A DNA stretch of 62,616 bases, counting the filler, from Basidiobolus ranarum (lineage: Eukaryota), in NCBI GenBank assembly GCA_040143965.1. It is 15 parts of 15 records of this genome, joined end to end, with 100 filler letters (N's around TTAATTAATTAA, not from the genome) between each part and the next. Parts side by side here need not be neighbours in the genome. Positions count along the whole stretch, not along the records: positions 33,497 to 37,576 come from JASJQH010002127.1; positions 37,677 to 41,754 come from JASJQH010002128.1; positions 41,855 to 45,931 come from JASJQH010002129.1; positions 46,032 to 50,106 come from JASJQH010002130.1; 11 more parts are not named here. One strand, given 5' to 3'. The position numbers and the translations under genes were made by a program. The notes beneath the pieces are model-generated. The model worked only from the letters and a program-made list of their open reading frames with translations. It was not told where the DNA came from and did not search any database. Positions within the stretch are counted from its first letter, which is position 1; every line of letters begins with the position of its first letter. Below are positions 35,606 through 48,528 of the stretch, piece by piece.

Positions 35606-37576
35606 TTATAGGAGAAAAAATAGAGCCAAGGGACTACCGGAAGCTATCCTTGCTTTTAACAAGAAGCCAAGGAAAGCACTCTCTAAACTTTGTCTACATC
35701 TCAGAGACTCTCAATTGAGGAAAATACACTCAGCCTAAAATCTCCAAACTGGTTGGGAAACACTTCAAGGACTATATGATACTAAAGTCAGGCTAATAGG
35801 CATTATTCAAGATGAAAATTAGTCTCAATTCAGATGAATTGTGATCATTTTATGGCTAATCATATAAAGTGAATACAAGCTGTGGTAGATCAGCTCTCAT
35901 TCATTAGAGTACCTCTAAATGGAGATGAAATGGCCTTGCCACTATTTGAAAACTTGCCAGATGAGTTTGAGAATCTCATAATTGCCTTAGAGTCAAGATC
36001 AGAGCCATTAGCAGCAATACATTGGTGCTGGGCTTTCAATGAGGTATTAAGGAGATCTAATTCTTAACAAAATAGTGCAGATCTGGAATATTTTGGAGCT
36101 GTTAAAGTCCAACAGGCTTCTATAATGATGCTCCTAGTTGGAAATCAATCATCTGCAAGTGTTGCAAGATACAATGCTATTTTGTCAAAGATTGGGGAAA
36201 AAACATTTGCCAAAAAGCTAAAATTAGAGCAAACACATCATGTAAGCACTGTTTGGGATCATCTATTTCTGCGTGCCCCATCAGTAGCCACCAAGCATGA
36301 CTTAGAAACATGGTACAGTGATTCAGGAGCTTCCCAGCATATGTTCAACATGAAAGATTGGCTTTCGAGCTTAAACCCTTCTAAAGAAGGAACATCTACA
36401 TAGCAGATTACTACACACTAGATGCTGCTGGTAAAAGCACTGTTGTGCTTAGTTTACACCAAAATTCAGCTACACCATCTGCAAATTTGGATGATATACT
36501 CTATTTACCAAATATAGGCCAGTATCTACTCTCAGTAAGCCAGGCAACTGCTCATGGACTAAACTCTGTGTTCAGCAAGGCTGGATGTGCTTTCACAGAT
36601 CAGAAGAATATTAAATTAGCAACTTAGATTTAAGTGAAATCTTTGCAAGTTAGATATCAACAGATTGAGTTCTGTGCATGCAAAACTTAGCCAATACCAA
36701 TGAAATAAGCTGTCAACATGATCTAGAAGATTAGGCCACATTAGGGAAAAAAACTATCAAAATGACACAAACTCAGCTTGTTCAGGCTTAGAAATTGAAA
36801 ATATCACTAAATTGCACTGTTTTGAGGGTTACATATATGGAAATCATCAGAAACAACCACTTTCAAGCTCTGCAGAGATCAAATCCACACAGATGTATGT
36901 CCCCATACATTCTGACCTTTGTGGCCCACGAAAAATGTCTCACGAGATGTCAAATGGTATTTTAAGATCTGTTTTGATGAGAAAGCAAGATATTCTTGGC
37001 ACTTGTTCTCAAATCAAAATTTGAGGCTTTAATTATGTTCAAGCACTACAAAGTAATGGTATGCAAAGAAGCAGCATAAACAAAAGGGTGAGGAGGAGTC
37101 ACAATGGTTGAAAATATTGCCATGAGCACTTTGCTAGTTTTTGTTCCAAACATGCAATTAGGTGACAAACTACTGTAACTTGTGCTTCACCGCAAATGAA
37201 CTTGCTAAGTGTGCTAATGAGACCACAGTAGAGATGGGTATATAACAGTTACATGATCAAAACCTAAATTACAAACATTTGGCTGAATCTGTCTCCACAG
37301 CAGTTTGATATCAAACAAGATCACTAAAAAGATTGCGGCAAAATACTTCTCCATTCTAGGCCATGAAAGGATCAAAATCAAGTAGGGATCTTCTTAGGAT
37401 CTTGGGTTGCTCAGCATAATGCCAAACTCCAGCTCAAAATGCTTTGGATTAGAGCCCAAAAGCAGTAAATACCAATCTCCTGGCCACTGTCATATATTCT
37501 AGGCATACAGATCATTTGATACCAATCATCTGAAGTTAATCAAGTGCAAAGATGTGATTTCTGATGAAAAAGCTAA
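35606..37576 (+). mobile_element. Degenerate Ty1/Copia gag-protease-integrase
   Basis: LPDEFENLIIALE (gag), WYSDSGASQHM (protease), DILYLPNIGQYLLSVSQ, CFEGYIYGNHQKQP, IHSDLCGP (integrase). Confidence 0.88.
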
Positions 37577-38005
37577 NNNNNNNNNNNNNNNNNNNNNNNN
37601 NNNNNNNNNNNNNNNNNNNNTTAATTAATTAANNNNNNNNNNNNNNNNNNNNNNNNNNNNNNNNNNNNNNNNNNNNATATAGATATACTTCGCGTTGTCA
37701 GAATGTGCCAATTGTTCTCACCTGACTGGTGAAGTATTTAATTAGAGTGAGAATTGGTCAAAGGTAGGGTTAGGAAACTTTGATTGCCTGAGCGCATCTA
37801 TATTGGCTGGCTAGGAAGTCATAGATGCTTCTTGTACTGATTGTCATGTGAAGCAAACCAATGACTGAGAAGCAAGTGAAATATTTTATTACTATATTTC
37901 TCAAACCACTCTCAGAGAGCTGTATTGATAGGTTTAATTTGTGTATATTATGTAGGAGAATTAAAAGAAATTATTCTCTGCAACATAACTCCACTTGCAT
38001 AAGTA

Positions 38006-38335
38006 TGTTAGGGTGTTTTGGGAGCTTGTTGGAAGTAGTTTGTAGAACTAGACGAATTGGTAGATTTCACCTATTGATGTATTTAGTTCAAAGCTGACAT
38101 TTATAGTTTTGTCAAGATATAAACAGACCAACATAAAGAATGTGCTAAGGAAGGTCACAGAAACGTGTGTGCATAGTATGGGGCTTCCTACACAAGTCTG
38201 AAAAATCTATATATCCAAGAAATTACAAGTAAACTCCAATTGAGAATAAAGGGTAATATCTTAGTGGAATATGGGATTACTAAAGACTAAGCTATGTATT
38301 ACTATATAGGTATTTAGGCAATGAGCATTTCAACA
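38006..38335 (-). mobile_element. Diverged LTR, family 2
   Basis: tgttagggtgttttgggagcttgttggaag...gcatttcaaca, homologous to 48181-48528. No TSD retained. Confidence 0.75.
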
Positions 38336-38337
38336 CA

Positions 38338-38912
38338 TACACCATTGCTCAAAACTGATTCATATTTTTGCATGCATTTTTTCAAATGAGAATATCTCAT
38401 CATTCATTGCATGTTTTGATGTACACTGCTTAGGTGCACCTTTAGTACAATGATGGCTGAAAAGCAACATTTTCCTCATACATATAAAGTTAAAATAGTT
38501 GTCAATATGTGAAATGTTAACATATTGAACTTTTGCTATTTGGTAAACTCCTGTAAAACATTTATTGATTGTGAGAGACTTATTTGGTGTTAGTCAGTAA
38601 GGTCCATATGGGATATGTAGTGACCATAGCTAAAGCCATGATGTTGAAATTTTTGGTTCTTATATAATGTAGAATATAGAAATATAGCTGATAATGTATG
38701 ATGCTCAAAACTGATACACTCGCTGCACTGAATACAAGTGTGTGTAATATTGCCACGATTGATGGAATCACCTTCATAACATGAAGAACTATCATTTGGG
38801 CTCTGTTTAAGCAGTGCGACAAATAGCACATTAAAACATGCAGTAAATGGCGAGATATTGTCATTTGAAAAAATGCATGCAAAAAAATGAATCGGTTTTG
38901 AGCGAGAGTGTG
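38338..38912. mobile_element. Non-autonomous DNA transposon (~575 bp) with ~85-bp imperfect terminal inverted repeats
   Basis: tacaccattgctcaaaactgattca..tttgcatgcattttttcaaatga.aatatctc is mirrored by gagatattgtcatttgaaaaaatgcatgcaaaaaaatgaatcggttttgagcgagagtgtg. Confidence 0.7.
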
Positions 38913-41411
38913 TTTTTGGAATTAGTTCTGAGTAATAAATCAATTACATAAGTAACGAACTTGAGCAATAATATCTAAAGCAATCTACCTGGATGCCATG
39001 CTGCAGATCAAACTTGAATCAGTCAGTTGTAGGTTTAGTGATAGAGAGTGTGAATTATAATAGACAGTTTGGTTGAATTGAAAATAAGTATTTATACTGA
39101 TGCTATATCCGAAGAAACATAACCAGTATTGAAGATCTTTGAACATTCCAGATTCTATCCAAAATAGAGATTAACTTTACATTTAGTAAATAAGCATTAA
39201 ACATGATAGCATTAAACGCGATATATAGATATTTTTAGGTGCTCAACTCTATTTCAACGCATGGTCATATGAAAATGTTGATTTCTTTAATTAGCAACAT
39301 TTACATTCCACTCAGTCAATGCGACTCATGCGTGATAAACTTCAAGATATGGAAGGGGACGTGATTTCCAAAAATCCCCTTTTTGCTGGCAAATGTAACA
39401 TACATTTAGTTGCGGTCAAGTTCTGAGAAGCATGGTAAATTCTTTAAGCCCACTCTGGTTTCCTAAAACAAAGCAGCCGAATTGTTACCCAAAAGTTCGA
39501 TGAGACAGTCTAAACTAGATTTAACTGGAAATAACATTTGACAAAAGCACAGTGTCTTTTGTAACTAAGCGATGGATATGATACATTCCTCAATGGTCAC
39601 TCATCGGTAGCGCCAAATATGAAATCAAGAAGATGTCTACGAATGACTGGAATTAAGTGATATGTATGGAAAAGATCTCACGAAGATGTAAAAAACTTAC
39701 AGAATCTTTGATGGCTAGTGTACGAAGTGTTCTGTCCTTATTCTCAACACCCTCCCGATCTATCTTAAATACTAACGCTCTAACCACTGCATTCTTTGAA
39801 TGTAAATGTATGTTCCGCGATACACTTGGCACTGCTTGTAATGAGCAATATTTCCCATTGCACGCACTAAATAGCCATGTGGTATGTATATCGAAGACCG
39901 AATGATAACCCTAAGACCGAATGATCGGAATGAATGTATATATATAATATAAATATAGATTTCTACTACACGAATATTATCCCAATTACATCACTGTTTA
40001 AGTATCTAGTGTTAATTATACGATCTTGAACTTTTATATATACTCATCTCCAAATACATCGAAATCTTGTATTACACCGCAGGAAAGAAATTCGTTTGTT
40101 GCTTTCAACGTAGTGATCTGAAAATATTTATTAAGCCAAGTTTCAAGACATCTAGGTTTGTTTGGTTATGTCATTTGTATCTTTTAAAGTAGCACCTACC
40201 TTTGAAATACGAAAAAACTTGTTGGGATAATCTAGTATATATTTGAATTGCCATGTTTTAATCGGTATAGATTCTGCATTTTAAGCGTACCTTAAACTTT
40301 AGTAATTTGAGTTGTAGATTGGTAGTAGTGAGATAGATGCAAAAGTGAACACCACCGAACAGCATTGATTGCTGAACTAATCAGGAGAGACTCATTTTAT
40401 CTACATACTACCATGCTGCATCGTACCTTCAATACTTATGTAACAGTAAACTTGGGGCACAATGAGTAGCGTGCCCAAATGTCACACTAATTATTTTTTG
40501 CATGAAGATTAAGGCGCAAGGGTATGAAAGGGAAAGAGTAGTTCTGGAAATGTTGAAAGGAAGAGAGTAATTGATATTTACAAAATTACTTGTAAACCAT
40601 ATAGTCTAATGCAAAAACCAAACGAGGTAGATGTAGAAAGGTATAGATGTAGGCATATTGATGGGTAAAAGCAAACCTACCATATTTGAAGCATGGCGCG
40701 TGCTTAGTCCACCAAATGAGATTCATATTCGTTACCATGTGTATAAATATATACGTGAACTATCCAGAAGTGGCGTATCAATGATGAAGAACTAGGGATT
40801 TCAAGTAACAAATTAAGACTGCCATCTATAGCTTGCTGTCAATGGATAGCATAGTATAGGCATGACCAGAATTAATGTGGTGTAAGGTACTTTTACCTGG
40901 TTTGGTGATGCAATGTAATGTGAATTTACCTAATTTGAACATCTGGTGTTGAACAAATCATTACAGTTATCCGGTTTTCTGTTTTAACCTTTGTGATTAT
41001 CGAATTCACATCTATAACATGGAGTTGAATACCTCCCACTGATGATAGTATACAACATAGCAGTAGATCAGCAGTCTGTACCTCTTTCCCCAGCCTATAG
41101 TGTGAAGTAAATAAAATACTGATACAAGCCCTTCGCAGCATTCACCTAGTTTTTGTGTAACATGAACCTGGCTCTACCAGCATGTGAGTGTTAAAAATCC
41201 CTCTTTTTGTTATTATTAAGGTACTAAATTTTGTCTGTAAACCCACTAGTTATGCTCAAAATAGGTAAGTCATCCTGAGCCACTAAAGTGGCTGTAGTGT
41301 ATCTTTATTAAAAGCCGTATACTAGTATCTCCCGTTTTCTGGGAGATAGTGGGATGCATGAGGGAAACTACAATGCATCACTATTACAATGAGTGCGTAT
41401 TCGAATCAAAG

Positions 41412-41754
41412 TTAAATATGAATCCAGAAAGCGAAGGCAGAAGTCAAAAGTGCCATAGCTGAACTAGATCTTACTACAGAAGCTGGGTTTGATTTGCCCT
41501 TCGCTTGAACATCAGGTACAGCAGAGCTAGAAGGTTGAGTTCCTGCAGATGAGGCAGTTGGAGAAGAAGTTTGCTGCGCATCAGATGATACAACTTGAGT
41601 AGCAGAGGATGTAATAGCAGTAGAGGATACAGCTGAGGTGGCAGGAATGGTAACATTTTCGGAGGGTGGGTTGCTTCGGTTCTTGTACATGGGGAAACGA
41701 TTGCCAAGGCAATCATTCACAGTGACAAAATGGTAACCCTTAGCCTTGATTCCA
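41412..41754 (-). CDS. C-terminus of a GPI-anchored chitin/polysaccharide deacetylase-like protein, 5' truncated
   Basis: IKAKGYHFVTVNDCLG (typical end of the NodB/CE4 domain), a Ser/Thr/Ala stalk, and a GPI-like signal SNPASVVRSSSAMALLTSAFAFWIHI. Confidence 0.78.
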
Positions 41755-43007
41755 NNNNNNNNNNNNNNNNNNNNNNNNNNNNNNNNNNNNNNNNNNNNTT
41801 AATTAATTAANNNNNNNNNNNNNNNNNNNNNNNNNNNNNNNNNNNNNNNNNNNNAACTAAATATCATAAAATACTTTTTGTCAACCTAGGCCTAAACTCT
41901 AATATACCTCTTAAATAACTAAACTCGAAAATAAACGGAGATTCTTTTCATACAATTTGTCTACAAAAGTGTAGTCATATTAAATCAAATGTAGGTAAAA
42001 CCACCGCTATATTGTTTAGTTTGTGATCATATTCTTAAATTTAATATATGTGGGATAGTAAGAAAGCCATTGAATTCAAAAGAAATACGCTTTGATATAT
42101 TTGTTACACTATTGTTACATAAATTTATCGTTCCGCACATGTGTTTCCACATCCAATCAGGTAATGTTCCCGATACATTGTTACTAGTTATTAATCCAAT
42201 GCTCTCCTCCTGTATCACGATAAAATTTCCACAAATGATTAAAATTACTTGCAATTTGAAATAACATTAGCCGAGGCTGCAGCTTTATTATCCGCGCGTG
42301 TCGTCACTTGTAGGGAACTTTTCCACAGTCGTTTGACCTAAATTATTTTCACATTGCTAAATAATGAGTGAACATTTTTCAAATTAATAAGTCAGTGTTT
42401 GACATGCCAACAAATATCAAAGTAGTAAATCATAATGTAGGTACAATTAGGCGCTAAACTAATTATTTGTAGCACATACAACTTCTAGCATCAAAGGGAG
42501 AGAGAAAAGTGGTGTGACCAATGAGAAAAGGTCACCAGGGAGGAAGGCATGTCTCTAACGGGTCAGTAAAAAAAGGGGATGGGATTCCTCAGTGCTTTAA
42601 TAGCATCCCTACCCCAGATTAAACTGATACCACTTTTTTAACGGCCATCAAAAGGTAAGTCTTGCTTTCCCTGTCATGTTGCGTGGTACCATGTCCACTT
42701 TGACGAGTCCCACTATGGCAGGGACGTTATTTTGAAACCATTCATCCTTTGCATTCCGTATGTATATTTTGTCATAGCAATTTCAACTTATCACATGTCC
42801 AATTCTAGCTCTAACTCTGACCGATCATCTAATTTTCCCTATTTGTCATCGCCAACTCATTTGTAAAACAATGTTGAGCCATATCTCTAACCTATCTGAT
42901 TAATATCAGTTCGTCAATGGTATCCATTAACTCGTCCTTCATTCCTTGCTACCTCTTCATTTTCATTTTGAAATTGATTTTTGGGAACTACTATTCATTG
43001 CTAAACT

Positions 43008-43313
43008 TCATTTCCGTATGTTTGGTATGGATCTATTTATATCTGTGAGCCAGTTCCTACATTCTGTAGCCGTCATTTCCTCCCCTACCTCTCTACTACT
43101 GCCACCACCATTTCCTCCGTAATTTTCACTACTGCTACCACGTCCTTCTAATTCACCTCTACCGAGACCGCACCCACTATAACTATTGGTGTAGGCTCTA
43201 CCACCGCCTTCACCGGAGTAATCATTGGTATTGCAGTCACGTTTGAGAACGGCAGCGTCTGTCATGGCCAAAACTGAAACCGTCAACAAGATTTGGAGAG
43301 ATGTAGGCTTCAT
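43008..43313 (-). CDS. Small secreted Gly/Ser-rich protein with a Kex2 KR site (possibly truncated or a pseudogene)
   Basis: ATG 43313: MKPTSLQILLTVSVLAMTDA-AVLKR-DCNTNDYSGEGGG...GGNGGGSS. Confidence 0.55.
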   Translation of the reverse strand: MKPTSLQILLTVSVLAMTDAAVLKRDCNTNDYSGEGGGRAYTNSYSGCGLGRGELEGRGSSSENYGGNGGGSSREVGEEMTATECRNWLTDINRSIPNIRK

Positions 43314-44402
43314 ACTGAAGATAAAGCCCGAATTAGTGAACCCATGTAGGGAATCAGGCCAGCCATTGATAGTCGTTGGAAGTCTCAAGTAAGCATGGCC
43401 TCAGTTGAACTCAGGAGCTGCGTCTAGGGACGGTGGTATCACATGCTGATGCCAGGTAAATATAGCAGCGTCTCCGGAAGATCACTCACTACTCTTGAAA
43501 ATGCATGGTTTGAGAGAGGAAATCAAGCTCCCGGATAATTGGAGCACAATCGGCTTGTAGAATATATTATCCTTTCTGCCTACTGGAATTGTCATTCTAC
43601 CAGTCAATGAGAAAGCATAATGAAAGCATAATCCAGGCTCAGGAGAGAATCAAAAACCAAGGCATAGGGATCATCGAAATCAGTATGAATCAGATGATAA
43701 CGAACCAGAGTGATCCATTGCTTCAACGACACTTTTACCGCATATGGAATAGTTGTAAGGAGTATAGGCGAGTGATTGTTTCGTATGCTCATCAATGTTC
43801 TTGCCACTTCAAAAACCATTGTGGTGGGCTCAAACGTGCTACGTAATATACAACTAAGAATGCGTGTGGTGAAACACAGGAGGTTGTCCAAAGATTTGTT
43901 AATTCAACATATTGAGAGCGGCCCTAAACACTGCTGGTCTTGAGGTCCGGGGTAATAAAGAGTCCCTTTCCACTACGAAACATAATATTTTTGGTTGGTT
44001 TGAATATGTATGCCAATTGCTTTGTGATTAGTTTTTCTGGAAACAAGCTTAATAAACAAATGATTAGCTATGATTCGTTCACACCCAATCGCGCCGCTGG
44101 AGTCATGATTATTCCTCTGATGAGTTTTCTTTGGGTTAGTTTTCGGTTGATCATTACTACTTTGCTATCTTAGAATCGTTTGTTACCTTTTTTGTACAAC
44201 TCATCTGAATCAGAATATTCTGGTATCAGATGAGACTAAACCTTACCCCGCTAACCTTTTCTCCAGGAAAAAACAGGCGGAGAATTGGTCTGGGTTCATA
44301 TGCAAAGAGCCGGTGGATGGACCAGTTGTGCTAATAGTTCATTGAGTTCAGCTGTATAGGACCAGAAGAGCCTTCACTAGTGGACTATAAATGGTTACAT
44401 TG

Positions 44403-44470
44403 CTACCCGTATAGCTGTTCTACCCATATGGCTGTTCTACCCGTATAGCTGTTCTACCCATATGGCTGTT
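44403..44470. repeat. Minisatellite: 17 bp x4 in A-B-A-B order (34-bp higher-order unit x2)
   Basis: CTACCCGTATAGCTGTT / CTACCCATATGGCTGTT alternating. Confidence 0.9.
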
Positions 44471-45000
44471 GATTCTATAATGAATTGGGTTACGTCTACT
44501 CAGCATACTCCAAGAAAATCAAACCTTTGTGATGGAATCATGAAAGTATATGTAAAACCAATGATTCACAATACCTTGGGCAACATATTACAGCTCTTGA
44601 GAAACATCATGTGAAAGAATGAAGCATCATAGCAGAACCAATAATACTCATGCTTATTCCGCTAAAACCATCATTCTTGATGTGATACAATACCAGTTTG
44701 ATGGAGTTAGATCCAGTAATGTCTACGCTTACAGCCAATACTGGTGGAAGATGCTCGGATATTGAGGAAATAGATCGTAGTATTTGCATTCTAATATAAA
44801 GGAATAAGTCATTGTGCAACTCCAGATAATATCTGGTGGCTGAGTAGATTTATGTAGAGTATCTTCAATACAATTTCTTGATCTTCTCCCGATCCTTCTC
44901 TCGATCAGCTTGGCCTCAAATCATCTCTTTTAATAAGCTCCGATTTCCTTTTTTCAAATCCATAGTCTTAAACTTCTTCCTTCTCCGCACAAAAACTGCC

Positions 45001-45931
45001 ATGAACCTCTCTGAAATCATCTGGAACATAGTGGTCCTCTCATGGGACGCCGCCCTCTTCTTCCTCAACATCATCCTGCCCAAACGCAAAGTTGGCCATG
45101 TCATTCCCAAGAACGCCAAAGGTCATGGAGGAATCTGGCCCGAATACGTCTCTCCAAAAGAAGGAGACTCACGTTCCGCCTGCCCAATGATAAATGCAAT
45201 GGCTAACCACGGAATCTTACCGCACGACGGTAAAAACATCTCCTTCCGAGAACTAGGTGACAAAATCCGAGCTACCTACAACTTCTCTCCCTCATTCTGC
45301 TTCTTTGTCCCCAAATTTGCTGCTAACTTTTTGCATAGGTCTTATTGGTCTGGTCGGTTTGATTTGGCCGAATTGAGTCTTCACAATGCGATTGAGCACG
45401 ATGGTTCATTGACAAGACAAGATTTTGCTCTGCAGCCTGATCAAGGGAAGCCTGATCTTAAATTGGTGCATTCCTTGTTGGCCGAGGCCACTGGAGAAAA
45501 CGGAAAGAAAATGACGATTCCGGATTTGTCGAGAGCGTTGGCGAAGAGGAGAGTAGACGCAAGGGCTAGTAATCCTCAGTATACGGAGAGCTTTTTTCAT
45601 AATGTGTTTGGAAGTTCCAAGTAAGTCACATGATCGAACAGAGTGACAGCGGAATTCATTGACTTACATTACAAAATAGCTCATCAACAATGCTTACCAT
45701 CTTTGGAGGCAGTAAGGACGATTTAACCCCAATGCTTACCGAAGAAAAATTTCCACCAAATTGGGAACCTCGAGTGCGTGAACAATTTGGGTTGACAATG
45801 GCGAAATTCAACTTGACTGTTCTCCCAGTAGAGCTGGGGGTAAACACTAGGAAGTACGAAGCTGAGAAAGCCCGTGCAAAGGTAGGAAATTCAATTCCTG
45901 AAGCTCCTTTAGAGTATAATGACCTGATTTT
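45001..45931 (+). CDS. Heme-thiolate peroxidase (chloroperoxidase / short unspecific peroxygenase family), 3' end at contig edge
   Basis: GDSRSACPMINAMANHGILPHDG (Cys heme ligand; ACP variant of PCP) and IEHDGSLTRQD. Intron 45621-45679 gives FGSSNSSTMLTIFGG...WEPRVREQFGLT. Confidence 0.92.
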
Positions 45932-46537
45932 NNNNNNNNNNNNNNNNNNNNNNNNNNNNNNNNNNNNNNNNNNNNTTAATTAATTAANNNNNNNNNNNNN
46001 NNNNNNNNNNNNNNNNNNNNNNNNNNNNNNNATGAATGCATTTCTTTCCGAGATTGTTAACTGACGAATTTCCTTTACCGCTTGATTAAAGGAAGTTTAT
46101 AGTTGGAAATGAAATGAGTATTACTGATTAGTTTTGCTACCACACAATACAAACAATACTGTCGTAGTTTAATTGGGAATACAAGCAATCAATTTACTTC
46201 CATCCTAATCTTGAGCAAATACTACTACTTTCGCCAAGAGCATTAATGAAATCTGTTCTTACCATAACTCTATTCCGAAGGAGGATGAAGGTTGAAAATC
46301 TATGTAAGAACTCCGAATTTTGCTATTGTATTTGATTAAACTAGTATAAATATCACTGTCTATTCAAAATCCCGAAAATCAAATATTTTCTCCACTTTTT
46401 AGTTCTTTACAGTTTTTGTCATATCTATGTATATGTAACTAATCAATCACTTAGAGTAGGGTTAGGGTTAGGGATAGTTAATCATTTAGGCTTAGTAGGT
46501 CCAACTGTTGATCAGGAAAATTTCATCGACGCAACAG

Positions 46538-47129
46538 ATATTGAATGGCAGCACCACACTTTATATTGCTATTCTTGATATTCAAGAAGACTTGGGCCAA
46601 GAGGCTATCAGCACCTTAAAATCACTTTACAACGTAGAAGCCCAGTTCTACTTTGTAGACGTCCGGGACGAAGTCTCAGTTCAGCAAGTAATTGATTCAG
46701 TTGTTCGGGATCTAGGTTCAGTTGATATTGTTGTAAATTCCGCCGGTGTAGCTGATTTAGTTCATTCGGAAGAATATCCACCAGATAGGTTCCGTAGAGT
46801 GGTTGACATCAACTTGCATGGTTCTTTTCTTGTTTCTCAGGCTTGTGGACGTCAAATGATTAAGCAGAAACGTGGTGGTAGTATTATTTTTATTGCCTCT
46901 ATGTCAGGTTCCATTGTCAATTGGCCTCTTAGGGTTAGGGTTTGGTTATATGGACACTGCACTTAGCCGAGCTTATAGCACACTTTTTAATGAATGGTGT
47001 AGTCGTATACCTCAAGGTAGGTTGGGTGCACCAGATGAGTTATGTGGTGCTTGTATTTGGCTCGCTTCCAAGGCTAGGTCTTTCTGTACTGGTTCGGATA
47101 TCATTATTGATGGTGGTTATACCGTCTGA
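46538..47129 (+). pseudogene. Short-chain dehydrogenase pseudogene (D-arabinitol 2-dehydrogenase / sorbose reductase-like)
   Basis: IAILDI, VDV.D, DIVVNSAG, DINLHGSF, GSIIFIASMSGSIVNWP, then frameshifted GYMDTAL...RIPQGRLG.P.EL.G...DIIIDGGYT. Both the TGxxxGxG motif and the catalytic YxxxK are missing. Confidence 0.85.
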
Positions 47130-48180
47130 TAATATACTCGATTGTCATTTGGATGTAAGTTAACGTTGGACTTTATACTTCATTAAACTATGTGTAGGCA
47201 GCTGAAACTATAGAAGTAAATTATTTCTTGATTATCTTTTATTTTGAAAAATTCAAATTGTTGAATAGTAGTAATTGTGTGGATGATGGATACAAATCTT
47301 ACCAAGAGAGGGTACCTTCACAGTGAGTACGTTCAAAAACATTCTTTTGCATATCAGGTTACCAGGATTCAAAACACATGTCACATATTTAATCTATGTT
47401 TTGTATATTAATTTTATTACAGACTACCTGAATTTCTTATTATCTTGCCAGTAAGAAGGATTTCTACTGATTAGTCTTGGAGCAAATCCATTCTCATTCC
47501 CTAAATTACTTATTCTGCTTTTTCAATATTACCATGTAATAACAGATTGCAGAATCAAAAAAGAGATAGCGCCGTTATCTGCAATCAGCATTAGCTTATG
47601 CTTTGTGACCATTAGTGTTGAGTGGAATTAGTAAACGATTTTAACCTGGCCAGGAAAGAAATCTGTCATTTTCTTGATACAGGCAATATAATAATGCCAT
47701 AGAGCTATCAAATCTTGTATTTTATTTCATACGTTGGATGATTACTAACTATTGATAAACAGTATATATATTTGTCTCAATCTAATTAATAGTAAGCCTG
47801 GAGCATTAAAGGGCAGACAAATAATGTCTCTGTTAGTTTATAGCAGTAGAGTGCATATCCAGATATATGATATGGGTAATATACATATATATATATATAT
47901 ATATGTTAGAGGATCTAGTCATAATGGAATGTATGATGTATTCAGTGAGCTTGTGATACTATATTGGTTGCATAACTCATAGCACAATAAGCTGACTTTT
48001 GTATCAGAGAAGTTAATGTATTGGTTGAGATATTCAGTAATATATTGTTTAAGATTTTTAGGAGTTTTTTAATAAATTGTAATTTGTAATTGTGGGTAAA
48101 AGATATGCCAGTGGAATAGATAGAGAGATATCCCCAGTGAGAATGTAGGAGTTATAGAAAGAACAATTTTTGGTTTCTGA

Positions 48181-48528
48181 TGTTAAAGTATTTGGGAGCC
48201 TGTTGGAAGTGGTTTGGAGAATTAGAAGAATTGGTGGTTTTCACTTATTGATTTATTGAGTAGAAAGTTGACATTTGTAGTTTTGTCAAGATGTAAACAA
48301 ACTGACATGTAGAATATGTTAAGGAGGGTCACAGGCACATGTGTGCAAAGTTTGGGGCTTCTAGCACAAGTTTGAAAAATCTATATATCTGAGAACTTCT
48401 AAGTTGGGGTCAATATTCTAAGTAAATTCCAATTGAGAATAATTGATAATATCTTAGTGAATTATAAGATAACTAAGTACTAAGCTATATCTGAATATAT
48501 AGGTGTTTACGCAATGCTAATTTCAACA
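48181..48528 (-). mobile_element. Solo LTR, family 2, 348 bp, with perfect 5-bp TSD TCTGA
   Basis: tctga[TGTTAAAG...TTTCAACA]tctga. Reverse complement of 31992-32339. Confidence 0.92.

Noticed and set aside
42683-42740. Hammerhead-ribozyme-like string TTGACGA-GTCCC...GGGAC-G
   Set aside because: The core lacks C3 and the required GAAA (it reads GTTA), and no stem III or NUH cleavage site can be formed.
43560-44200. ORF-track ORFs at 43589-43846, 43604-43891 and 43940-44173
   Set aside because: No recognisable motif, splice pattern or homolog within the window.
44403-44470. Possible CRISPR-like repeat
   Set aside because: Contiguous 17-bp units with no spacers, in a eukaryotic contig; an ordinary minisatellite.
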